Notes under the pieces: model-generated | What the model was told of the DNA's origin: nothing | The model's input: only the letters and a program-made list of their open reading frames with translations | The model's database searches: none | Source of the DNA: Escherichia coli | GTDB lineage: Bacteria > Pseudomonadota > Gammaproteobacteria > Enterobacterales > Enterobacteriaceae | DNA length: 64,000 nucleotides | Assembly (NCBI RefSeq): GCF_003334315.1 | Contig: NZ_QOWR01000017.1 | Reading direction: 5' to 3' (one strand) | Made by a program: the position numbers and the translations under genes | Shown here: positions 26,463-37,636 of the stretch, piece after piece | Numbering within the stretch: the stretch's first letter is position 1 | How the letters are laid out: each line of letters starts with the position of its first letter

Positions 26463-28652
26463 TCAGAATTGATACGTGCCGGTAATGCTGAAATTACGCG
26501 GTGTGCCGTAGACGATAGAACCTTCCACGTTGGTATCGTAGGTTTTGTCGAACAGGTTATTGACGTTCCCCTGTAACGAGAAGTTTTTCGTCACCTGGTA
26601 GCGGGTGAAGAGATCCACCAGCGCGTAGCTACCTTGCTCGGCGCGGAAGGTGCCATACGGCGTCACGGTGTCGGTATACACGCGATTTTGCCAGTTAACA
26701 CCACCGCCGACCGTCAACTCTGGCATGACAGGCAACCGATAGCTGGTGAACATTTTAACCGTGGTGCGTGGCAGATTAGGATTAACGGCGTTTCCTTCGT
26801 TATCCTCTGCAATATAGCGCGTTGCGCCAAATGTCAGCTGCCAGTTGTCGGTAATTGCGCCGTTGAGTTCAAATTCCACCCCTTTACTGACTGTCCCATC
26901 CACCGCTTTATAGGCGGTTTCGCCGTTGCTGCCGGGGATAGGTGTACCGGTGGACTGAGCGACATTATCCTGCTCAATACGGAAGATGGCTAACGTGGTG
27001 GTCAGACGGCTATTCATCCAGTCCGATTTCAGACCCAGCTCGTAGTTGTTACCGGTGATTGGAGCCAGATATTTGCCTGAACTGTCACGATCATTTTGCG
27101 GCTGGAAAATAGAGGTATAGCTGGCGTAGGTCGACCAGTTGTCATTGATGTCAAACACCAGACCAGCGTAAGGCGTGGTGTGGTTTTTCTCCATGCTGTA
27201 AGTCAGCGTATCAACCCGCCAGTTGGTATAACGTGCGCCGAGGATCAGATGCAGCGGATCGGCAAGGGTGACACGAGTGGCAGCATATAACGATTTCATA
27301 TGTGTGGTATCGTCCTGCGCCAGGCTCTGTGGTGACCAGTCGGTTTGTGGGAAATTGCCATTAAAGTTGTAGAAACTGCCAATTTCATCCGGGAAGATGT
27401 TGGCCCATGAACTGAAGTAACGATTGTTTTGTTTGCTGTAACTGCCACCAAACATTAGATTGTGCTGACGACCAAACAATTCATAACTACCGTCAGCGAA
27501 CAAATCCAGCGCATCAACTTTACGTTTGCCACTGTTCCAACCGGTGCCGCCGACATAATCAAAGCCAGGTCCATAATTACTGTATGGCCCAACCAGCATA
27601 CCATCCGCTTTGTTTACATAGGCATCGACATACATCATTTTGCTGTCAAATTCGACTTCAGAGTGGGTGGCATTCAGTGTCGCTTGCCAGGTATCAGCAA
27701 ACTGCTGCTTCAGGGTCATAAAGACCTTGTTGATCTCTTTATCGTTGTACGCCCAGTCAGGTGCGGTACTGCGTGCGCGATCGTAACTGTTGCTGCTGCC
27801 ATCAGTATTCCAGCGCGGTAAACCGCCCCAGGTAGGGCTATTAACATCAATGCGCTGATATTCGTAACCGGCTGAAAGCGTCGTAAGATCGCCTAAATCA
27901 GCATCGACAATGCCCGAGAAGAAGGTCTTTTCACTGTTGTAGCGGTCCAGCCATGAGTCGTTATTCTGGTAGCCGCCGACAATTCGCGCGCGGATTTTAC
28001 CGTCTTCGGTGAGTGGGCTTTGTAAATCCGCCACATACCGTTCTTTGTTCCAGCTACCGTATTCCGCCGAGACATCGCCTTTAAATTCACGACTGGTCGC
28101 GTGTTTTCGAACCATATTAATTGCCGCAGATGGATTACCCGTCCCGGTCATGAGTCCTGTCGCGCCACGCACTACTTCTACGCGTTCAAAGAGTGCCATA
28201 TCAGAAAGTGCGTCGCCCAGATTCCAGCGCGATTCAAAATAGGTGGGGATACCATCAACCATATAGTTATCGATCTGGAATCCGCGGGAATAATAAAGAG
28301 CACGATCGGAATCCGCCTGACTTTTGCTGATCCCCAGCGTGTTTTCCATCACTTCGCCCAGCGTTTGTAACTGCTGATCTTCCATCCGCTGCTGGCTAAC
28401 AATAGTGACCGACTGAGGAATATCACGTTGAGTCATCTGCATTTTGGTACCCGCAGAGGTAGACGTTACGCTGTAATCATTTTCGCCATCATCTGGAGCT
28501 GTGGCTGAACCCTCAACAATCACCGTTTCTTCAGTGGCTGGTGCAGCAAAAGCGGCAGAAGGTAATAGTGCCAGTGCTATGCAACCGGCAAGTAGTGACG
28601 GTTTGGTGATGGCTTGATATTGATTATCCCTGTTAAATTGTGTTGAAAGCAT
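26463..28652 (-). CDS. fhuE: TonB-dependent ferric-coprogen/rhodotorulic acid receptor FhuE
   Basis: 729-aa ORF; signal peptide; C-terminal terminal-Phe beta-barrel motif ...ITGTYQF. Confidence 0.95.
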   Translation of the reverse strand: MLSTQFNRDNQYQAITKPSLLAGCIALALLPSAAFAAPATEETVIVEGSATAPDDGENDYSVTSTSAGTKMQMTQRDIPQSVTIVSQQRMEDQQLQTLGEVMENTLGISKSQADSDRALYYSRGFQIDNYMVDGIPTYFESRWNLGDALSDMALFERVEVVRGATGLMTGTGNPSAAINMVRKHATSREFKGDVSAEYGSWNKERYVADLQSPLTEDGKIRARIVGGYQNNDSWLDRYNSEKTFFSGIVDADLGDLTTLSAGYEYQRIDVNSPTWGGLPRWNTDGSSNSYDRARSTAPDWAYNDKEINKVFMTLKQQFADTWQATLNATHSEVEFDSKMMYVDAYVNKADGMLVGPYSNYGPGFDYVGGTGWNSGKRKVDALDLFADGSYELFGRQHNLMFGGSYSKQNNRYFSSWANIFPDEIGSFYNFNGNFPQTDWSPQSLAQDDTTHMKSLYAATRVTLADPLHLILGARYTNWRVDTLTYSMEKNHTTPYAGLVFDINDNWSTYASYTSIFQPQNDRDSSGKYLAPITGNNYELGLKSDWMNSRLTTTLAIFRIEQDNVAQSTGTPIPGSNGETAYKAVDGTVSKGVEFELNGAITDNWQLTFGATRYIAEDNEGNAVNPNLPRTTVKMFTSYRLPVMPELTVGGGVNWQNRVYTDTVTPYGTFRAEQGSYALVDLFTRYQVTKNFSLQGNVNNLFDKTYDTNVEGSIVYGTPRNFSITGTYQF

Positions 28653-28985
28653 TTGAAATCTCTTGGTTTATGTTGTCGTCAGGCTCATGCCGGAGGAGGG
28701 TGATGAGCGATTATATTTAGTGTGCGAATAATTTTGTTTGTAAATGCAAATGAGAAATATACGCATTCATATTTGTCATGTAAACCAAACAGAGAATGTC
28801 TTTTCAGCGCATTCGCAGGCAGAAATGGGAATAATGGCGATATATACGGCAGCAAAACGATTTTTTGCTTAAGAAATCGTGAGTTAAGGTTGAAAGAGCA
28901 GGTTTAACTCGACCATACTCTATACTCGCAGTGTGGCGCGGCGTAGCATGGCGCAACGCATGGCTATTTGAAAAAGGAAAATGTC

Positions 28986-29345
28986 GTGGCAGAAGAAACT
29001 ATATTCAGCAAAATTATTCGTCGTGAGATCCCCTCCGATATCGTCTACCAGGATGATCTGGTAACGGCGTTTCGCGATATTTCGCCGCAAGCGCCAACGC
29101 ATATTCTGATCATTCCGAATATCCTCATTCCGACTGTGAACGACGTCTCAGCTGAGCATGAGCAGGCGCTGGGACGCATGATCACCGTAGCGGCAAAAAT
29201 TGCTGAGCAAGAAGGTATTGCCGAAGATGGCTATCGTCTGATCATGAATACCAACCGCCATGGCGGACAAGAGGTTTACCACATCCATATGCACTTGTTG
29301 GGTGGCCGTCCGCTGGGACCAATGCTGGCGCATAAAGGTCTGTAA
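28986..29345 (+). CDS. hinT: Purine nucleoside phosphoramidase HinT (HIT family)
   Basis: ORF 28968..29345; start taken at GTG 28986 ([16 protein letters not shown]..., 119 aa) with aagga SD; HIT motif HIHMHLL. Confidence 0.92.
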   Translation: MAEETIFSKIIRREIPSDIVYQDDLVTAFRDISPQAPTHILIIPNILIPTVNDVSAEHEQALGRMITVAAKIAEQEGIAEDGYRLIMNTNRHGGQEVYHIHMHLLGGRPLGPMLAHKGL

Positions 29346-29347
29346 CG

Positions 29348-29725
29348 ATGAGAAAAGGATGCTTTGGGCTGGTGTCTCTGGTGTTGTTACTGCTGGTGGG
29401 CTGTCGTTCACATCCGGAAATTCCGGTGAATGATGAGCAATCGCTGGTGATGGAGTCATCTTTATTGGCTGCGGGCATCAGTGCAGAAAAGCCCTTCCTT
29501 TCGACGTCTGATATTCAACCTTCAGCATCCTCAACGCTTTATAACGAAAGGCAAGAACCCGTTACCGTTCATTATCGTTTTTACTGGTATGACGCCAGAG
29601 GGCTGGAGATGCATCCTCTGGAAAGGCCACGCAGCGTTACCATTCCCGCACATTCGGCGGTAACGCTGTACGGCAGCGCCAATTTTCTGGGGGCGCACAA
29701 AGTCAGACTTTATCTATATTTGTAA
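29348..29725 (+). CDS. ycfL: Lipoprotein YcfL
   Basis: 125-aa ORF with lipobox LLVGC. Confidence 0.85.
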   Translation: MRKGCFGLVSLVLLLLVGCRSHPEIPVNDEQSLVMESSLLAAGISAEKPFLSTSDIQPSASSTLYNERQEPVTVHYRFYWYDARGLEMHPLERPRSVTIPAHSAVTLYGSANFLGAHKVRLYLYL

Positions 29726-29738
29726 GGGGTGAATCTTG

Positions 29739-30360
29739 ATGACAAAAATGAGTCGCTACGCCTTGATTACCGCGCTGGCGATGTTTCTCGCCGGGTGTGT
29801 GGGGCAACGTGAACCTGCACCGGTAGAAGAAGTGAAACCAGCGCCGGAACAACCAGCCGAGCCACAACAGCCTGTCCCCACAGTGCCCTCGGTGCCGACG
29901 ATCCCGCAGCAGCCAGGCCCAATTGAGCACGAAGATCAAACTGCACCGCCTGCGCCGCATATTCGCCATTATGACTGGAATGGCGCAATGCAGCCGATGG
30001 TCAGTAAGATGCTTGGGGCTGACGGGGTGACTGCGGGTAGCGTCCTGCTGGTTGATAGCGTTAACAACCGTACTAACGGTTCGCTGAATGCCGCAGAAGC
30101 GACCGAAACGCTGCGAAATGCGCTGGCTAATAACGGGAAATTTACCCTGGTTTCCGCCCAGCAACTGTCGATGGCGAAGCAACAGTTAGGTTTGTCGCCG
30201 CAGGACAGTTTAGGCACCCGTAGTAAAGCCATAGGCATTGCCCGCAATGTCGGCGCTCATTACGTGCTGTACTCCAGCGCCTCTGGCAACGTTAACGCTC
30301 CGACCCTACAAATGCAGCTGATGCTGGTGCAGACGGGCGAAATTATCTGGTCAGGTAAAG

Positions 30361-30380
<20 letters not shown>
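29739..30380 (+). CDS. lpoB: Outer-membrane lipoprotein LpoB (PBP1B activator)
   Basis: [20 protein letters not shown] lipobox, Pro-rich linker, C-terminal domain; 213 aa. Confidence 0.92.
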
Positions 30381-32221
<1,841 letters not shown>

Positions 32222-32243
32222 CCCTGGCTTATGTGAGGAAGCG

Positions 32244-32786
32244 ATGATTATCTATTTACACGGTTTTGACTCTAACAGTCCGGGTAACCACGAGAAAGTC
32301 TTACAATTGCAGTTTATTGACCCGGATGTACGCTTGATAAGCTACAGTACGCGGCATCCGAAACATGATATGCAGCATCTGCTTAAAGAAGTGGACAAAA
32401 TGTTGCAACTGAACGTTGACGAGCGTCCGCTAATTTGCGGCGTTGGCTTGGGCGGATACTGGGCGGAACGGATTGGTTTTCTTTGCGACATCCGCCAGGT
32501 GATCTTCAACCCTAATTTGTTCCCTTATGAGAACATGGAAGGCAAGATTGATCGCCCGGAAGAGTATGCCGATATTGCCACTAAGTGTGTGACCAACTTC
32601 CGTGAGAAGAATCGCGATCGTTGCCTGGTGATTTTGTCGCGTAATGATGAAGCGCTTAACAGCCAGCGGACATCTGAAGAGTTGCATCATTATTACGAGA
32701 TTGTCTGGGACGAAGAGCAGACGCACAAATTCAAGAATATCTCCCCGCATTTACAGCGCATTAAAGCGTTCAAAACCCTCGGGTAA
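32244..32786 (+). CDS. ycfP: UPF0227 esterase-family protein YcfP
   Basis: ORF 32187..32786; start taken at [18 protein letters not shown] (180 aa). Confidence 0.88.
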
Positions 32787-32794
32787 ATGCCCTC

Positions 32795-32915
32795 GTCGCA
32801 TCAGGTAACCTTGCCGGTACCTGATGCGCTCCGAATTCTGTGGGTCGGATAAGGCGTCCACGCCGCATCCGACAGTCGAGCATCAATGCCTGATGCGCTT
32901 CTTATCAGGCCTACC
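32795..32915. repeat. BIME/REP cluster between ycfP and ndh
   Basis: Three REP-like palindromic units (e.g. gtcggataaggcgtccacgccgcatccgac; gcctgatgcgcttcttatcaggc). Confidence 0.75.
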
Positions 32916-33035
32916 GAACGCCCTGCATACACCCCTCACTCTATATCACTCTCACAAATTCGCTCAAATAATAAACAATAAACTCTGTTTTTTGATCTCA
33001 CCCGGTAAAGTCGCCTATCTTTTCAGCAACAAAAC

Positions 33036-33049
33036 TTGATTAACATCAA
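33036..33049. promoter_or_regulatory. FNR box (TTGAT-N4-ATCAA) in ndh promoter
   Basis: Perfect consensus ttgattaacatcaa ~150 bp upstream of the ndh start; established that ndh is FNR-repressed. Confidence 0.75.
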
Positions 33050-33185
33050 TTTTGGTATGACCAATGCACCATTCATGTTATTCTCAATAGCGAAGAACAT
33101 TTTCATTGCTGTAACCTGTTGTTAATTAAGAGCTATGTTAATAACCATTAATTAACAATTGGTTAATAAATTTAAGGGGGTCACG

Positions 33186-34490
33186 TTGACTACGCCATTG
33201 AAAAAGATTGTGATTGTCGGCGGCGGTGCTGGTGGGCTGGAAATGGCAACACAGCTGGGGCATAAGCTGGGACGCAAGAAAAAAGCCAAAATTACGCTGG
33301 TCGATCGTAACCACAGCCACCTGTGGAAACCGCTGCTGCACGAAGTGGCGACTGGCTCGCTTGATGAAGGCGTCGATGCGTTGAGCTATCTGGCCCATGC
33401 GCGCAATCATGGTTTCCAGTTCCAGCTGGGTTCCGTCATTGATATTGATCGTGAAGCGAAAACAATCACTATTGCAGAACTGCGCGACGAGAAAGGTGAA
33501 CTGCTGGTTCCGGAACGTAAAATCGCCTATGACACCCTGGTAATGGCGCTGGGTAGCACCTCTAACGATTTCAATACGCCAGGTGTCAAAGAGAACTGCA
33601 TTTTCCTCGATAACCCGCACCAGGCGCGTCGCTTCCACCAGGAGATGCTGAATTTGTTCCTGAAATACTCCGCCAACCTGGGCGCGAATGGCAAAGTGAA
33701 CATTGCGATTGTCGGCGGCGGCGCGACGGGTGTAGAACTCTCCGCTGAATTGCACAACGCGGTCAAGCAACTGCACAGCTACGGTTACAAAGGCCTGACC
33801 AACGAAGCCCTGAACGTAACGCTGGTAGAAGCGGGAGAACGTATTTTGCCTGCGTTACCGCCACGTATCTCTGCTGCGGCCCACAACGAGCTAACGAAAC
33901 TTGGCGTTCGCGTGCTGACGCAAACCATGGTCACCAGTGCTGATGAAGGCGGCCTGCACACTAAAGATGGCGAATATATTGAGGCTGATCTGATGGTATG
34001 GGCAGCCGGGATCAAAGCGCCAGACTTCCTGAAAGATATCGGTGGTCTTGAAACTAACCGTATCAACCAGCTGGTGGTGGAACCGACGCTGCAAACCACC
34101 CGCGATCCAGACATTTACGCTATTGGCGACTGCGCGTCATGCCCGCGTCCGGAAGGGGGCTTTGTTCCGCCGCGTGCTCAGGCTGCACACCAGATGGCGA
34201 CTTGCGCAATGAACAACATTCTGGCGCAGATGAACGGTAAGCCGCTGAAAAATTATCAGTATAAAGATCATGGTTCGCTGGTATCGCTGTCGAACTTCTC
34301 CACCGTCGGTAGCCTGATGGGTAACCTGACGCGCGGCTCAATGATGATTGAAGGACGAATTGCGCGCTTTGTATATATCTCGCTATACCGAATGCATCAG
34401 ATTGCGCTGCATGGTTACTTTAAAACCGGATTAATGATGCTGGTGGGGAGTATTAACCGCGTTATCCGTCCGCGTTTGAAGTTGCATTAA
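33186..34490 (+). CDS. ndh: Type II NADH dehydrogenase (NDH-2)
   Basis: ORF 33159..34490; start taken at TTG 33186 ([17 protein letters not shown]..., 434 aa); two Rossmann GxGxxG motifs. Confidence 0.94.
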
Positions 34491-34499
34491 TCGACGTAC

Positions 34500-34592
34500 A
34501 CTGGCGGATGTGGCATAAACGCCTCATCCGCCCTGGACAAATGGTACGAGCGGTAGGCCTGATAAGACGCGTTAAGCGTCGCATCAGGCATT
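34500..34592. repeat. REP/BIME elements downstream of ndh
   Basis: ggcggatgtggcataaacgcctcatccgcc and gtaggcctgataagacgcgttaagcgtcgcatcaggcat. Confidence 0.75.
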
Positions 34593-34716
34593 CCTTCAGA
34601 CTCCTCCGAATCATTAAGTATTTCCAGCCATTCCCGCGCTTTTCATCTTCTGTCTGATAGCTGCTTTTCTCCTTCGCTTGCATGATTGGCATAACTGCAA
34701 AGAAGGAGGTGTTCCC

Positions 34717-35256
34717 GTGAATAAATCAATGTTGGCGGGTATCGGGATTGGTGTCGCAGCTGCGCTGGGCGTAGCGGCAGTGGCCAGTCTGAACGTGTTT
34801 GAACGGGGCCCGCAATACGCTCAGGTTGTTTCTGCAACCCCAATCAAGGAAACGGTTAAAACACCGCGTCAGGAGTGTCGCAACGTCACAGTGACCCATC
34901 GTCGACCGGTGCAGGATGAAAATCGCATTACCGGGTCGGTGCTCGGCGCTGTTGCTGGCGGCGTGATAGGGCATCAGTTTGGTGGTGGTCGCGGTAAAGA
35001 TGTCGCCACTGTTGTGGGGGCGCTGGGTGGTGGATATGCCGGTAACCAGATCCAGGGCTCTCTCCAGGAAAGCGATACTTACACGACTACGCAACAGCGT
35101 TGTAAAACGGTGTATGACAAGTCAGAAAAAATGCTCGGTTATGATGTGACCTATAAGATTGGCGATCAGCAGGGCAAAATCCGCATGGACCGCGATCCGG
35201 GTACGCAGATCCCGCTAGATAGCAACGGGCAACTGATTTTGAATAACAAAGTATAA
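34717..35256 (+). CDS. ycfJ: Glycine-zipper (Rick_17kDa_Anti-like) membrane protein YcfJ
   Basis: ORF 34678..35256; GTG start at 34717 (MNKSMLAGIGIGVAAALG..., 179 aa). Confidence 0.85.
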   Translation: MNKSMLAGIGIGVAAALGVAAVASLNVFERGPQYAQVVSATPIKETVKTPRQECRNVTVTHRRPVQDENRITGSVLGAVAGGVIGHQFGGGRGKDVATVVGALGGGYAGNQIQGSLQESDTYTTTQQRCKTVYDKSEKMLGYDVTYKIGDQQGKIRMDRDPGTQIPLDSNGQLILNNKV

Positions 35257-35278
35257 CAAGGCTGTACTCTGCAATTTG

Positions 35279-35312
35279 GCCCCTCATTCGCTCAGGCTGA
35301 GGGGCTTTTTTT
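35279..35312 (+). terminator. Rho-independent terminator after ycfJ
   Basis: gcccctcattcgctcaggctgaggggc followed by ttttttt. Confidence 0.8.
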
Positions 35313-35317
35313 GCGAC

Positions 35318-35950
35318 TTATTTCACCAGTTCGGGCCATAAACGCAAAGTCGTTCCGGCAATCTGCATCAGTTTTTCCAGCGATGCACCTTCGCGTGCGC
35401 TGATCGACATCCCCTGAATAATACAATTAAGGAATTCTGCCAGATGTGTCACGTCACAGTGGGGCGGGATTTCCCCGCGCGCTTGTCGTTGACATAAAAA
35501 CTGCTGCAAAGTGCGCTCTTGCATCGCATGGCGTGATTTCAACGTATTGGCGATATCTCCTGAATCTGGGGAGAGGGTGGTGCAGTTGTTGATCATGAAG
35601 CAGCCTGCCGGGGTGTCTTTGCTGGTAAAGCAGTTGGCGATGGCAGCAAAATAGTCAGCCAGCGCAGACTCCACGCTTTTCTCTTCACAAAACAGCTGTG
35701 CTTCATGCTTAGCGGCAAAACGATCGATATAGCGGTCGAGAACGGCACGAAATAACCCCTCTTTGTTGGTAAATTCCGCGTATAGCGTGGGCGCTTTGGC
35801 TCCGGTCGCTTCGACGAGGTCCGCAAGAGAAGTCGCTTCATAACCGTGTTGCCAGAACAATTTCATGGCCTTATCAAGCGCGGCATCCCTGTCGAACACT
35901 TTTGGGCGGCCACGGCTTTTTTTTACACATTGTGTTGAGTCAGTTGCCAT
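35318..35950 (-). CDS. comR: TetR-family repressor ComR (YcfQ)
   Basis: ORF 35318..36028; start taken at MATDSTQCVKKSRGRPKVF (210 aa); TetR HTH. Confidence 0.9.
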   Translation of the reverse strand: MATDSTQCVKKSRGRPKVFDRDAALDKAMKLFWQHGYEATSLADLVEATGAKAPTLYAEFTNKEGLFRAVLDRYIDRFAAKHEAQLFCEEKSVESALADYFAAIANCFTSKDTPAGCFMINNCTTLSPDSGDIANTLKSRHAMQERTLQQFLCQRQARGEIPPHCDVTHLAEFLNCIIQGMSISAREGASLEKLMQIAGTTLRLWPELVK

Positions 35951-36106
35951 GATGCCGTTGTACCTGGTGACTGTGAATGAAAGGTTATTATAAAAATAAT
36001 CACCTCCGTTCACCAGTCCAGATCCCATAAAAATAATTGCTTTCTATTTAACTGAAATTTAAAGATTTTTAAATTAATTAATGATTGTTATAAAAAATAT
36101 CTTGTA

Positions 36107-36122
36107 TGTGATCCAGATCACA
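36107..36122. promoter_or_regulatory. Perfect CRP-type palindrome TGTGA-N6-TCACA in comR-bhsA intergenic region
   Basis: tgtgatccagatcaca read directly; 69 bp upstream of bhsA ATG; regulator identity is inferred. Confidence 0.5.
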
Positions 36123-36190
36123 TCTATCATTTAGTTATCGATCGTTAAGTAATTGCTTACGACGTCATTCATCTGCATAAGGCCACTATT

Positions 36191-36448
36191 ATGAAAAACG
36201 TAAAAACCCTCATCGCTGCGGCGATTTTAAGCTCCATGTCATTTGCCAGCTTTGCGGCTGTCGAAGTTCAGTCAACGCCAGAAGGCCAACAAAAAGTCGG
36301 TACAATCAGTGCTAACGCGGGGACAAATCTGGGATCGCTGGAAGAGCAGCTGGCGCAAAAAGCGGATGAGATGGGCGCAAAATCTTTCCGTATTACTTCT
36401 GTAACCGGTCCGAATACCCTCCATGGAACAGCAGTAATTTATAAATAA
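36191..36448 (+). CDS. bhsA: Multiple stress resistance protein BhsA (YcfR/ComC), YhcN family
   Basis: 85-aa ORF with signal peptide MKNVKTLIAAAILSSMSFASFA. Confidence 0.93.
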   Translation: MKNVKTLIAAAILSSMSFASFAAVEVQSTPEGQQKVGTISANAGTNLGSLEEQLAQKADEMGAKSFRITSVTGPNTLHGTAVIYK

Positions 36449-36487
36449 GCATTAACCCTCATTAATGCCTGCTACTGCTGATTTTTT

Positions 36488-36521
36488 CCCCGCGACATGC
36501 CGTGTCGCGGGGATTTTTTTT
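36488..36521 (+). terminator. Rho-independent terminator after bhsA
   Basis: ccccgcgacatgccgtgtcgcgggg followed by tttttttt. Confidence 0.85.
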
Positions 36522-36530
36522 ATCCAGGAT

Positions 36531-37490
36531 TTACAGAGTTTGTGGGCTCACTTGATGACGGCGGACATCCACCGGCATCCCGGAACGGACATCCATCACA
36601 TGTTGCATCACTTCAGCGTCAGTTTGTGCTGCATCTTTAAATGATTGCATTGCGCTATTCAGCGTAATTGGCAGCAGCTGCGGATCGTCATCAATCTTCT
36701 CTGACAGCGGCTGATGTACTTCAACCAGACGCGCACCGTTTGGTTCGGCAGAGACTTTTATCGGAGTGTTGATGATATTCACTTTGGTGCCTGGGGTGAC
36801 CTGGCTAAAGAGTGTTTTGATATCGTCATCCCGCAGACGAATACAGCCAGAACTTACCCGCATGCCAATGCCAAAATCGGCGTTCGTACCATGAAGCAAA
36901 TAAACGCCGCCATAGGCCGCCAGACGAATCGCATGATGGCCCATTGGGTTATCCGGTCCAGCCGGCACTACCGCAGGCAACTCAATTCCCTGTGCTTTAT
37001 AACGGGCGCGGATGTTTGCCGTTGGCGTCCAGGTTGGGTTTGCACGTTTGTCTGAAACGGTGGTCACCATTGTCGGTGTCAGCGTGTCACCACCTAACTG
37101 ACCAATACCTATTGGATACACGGTTACCGAATTTTTACCCGGCGGGTAGTAATAGAGACGCAGCTCCGCAATGTTGATCACAATGCCTTCGCGCGGCGCG
37201 TCTGGAAGTAGGGTTTGCAACGGGATCGTTAACACGCTGCCCGCGCGCGGTACGTAAGGATCAACGCCGGGGTTAGCCTGTAACAGAGCGAGAAAGCCGA
37301 CGTTATATTTTTTGGCGATGGCTTCCAGAGAACCACCGTCATTTTCCACCACATGAAATTTGTTTTCGCCAACCAGACGACTGCCCGCTGGCGGCAGCGG
37401 CCAGGTGTTGGCTTTTGCCGGTAGCGCCAGCGCCACGGCAGCGGCGAACGTAAAAAACGTTAGCCAGCGAGAAAAACGCGTTTTGATCAT
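36531..37490 (-). CDS. ldtC: L,D-transpeptidase LdtC (YcfS)
   Basis: ORF 36531..37496; signal peptide, LysM and YkuD domain with catalytic Cys (SSGCIRL). Confidence 0.92.
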   Translation of the reverse strand: MIKTRFSRWLTFFTFAAAVALALPAKANTWPLPPAGSRLVGENKFHVVENDGGSLEAIAKKYNVGFLALLQANPGVDPYVPRAGSVLTIPLQTLLPDAPREGIVINIAELRLYYYPPGKNSVTVYPIGIGQLGGDTLTPTMVTTVSDKRANPTWTPTANIRARYKAQGIELPAVVPAGPDNPMGHHAIRLAAYGGVYLLHGTNADFGIGMRVSSGCIRLRDDDIKTLFSQVTPGTKVNIINTPIKVSAEPNGARLVEVHQPLSEKIDDDPQLLPITLNSAMQSFKDAAQTDAEVMQHVMDVRSGMPVDVRRHQVSPQTL

Positions 37491-37636
37491 CACCAAAAAT
37501 CCATAATAAATATAAGGTTATTGTAATAAACAGATAAGCCTGAATTATGGATGGTGACAGTGTCGGATAGTGCAGGGAAGTGCAAAGAATTTGTAAATGT
37601 TGCAGATGGGGGCGCAGAAACGCCCCCGATTTACCA

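Noticed and set aside
28653-28985. Fur box expected in the fhuE promoter
   Set aside because: fhuE is established as Fur-regulated, but I could not place a convincing 19-bp Fur consensus match by eye, so no coordinates are asserted. A position-weight-matrix scan of this interval would settle it.
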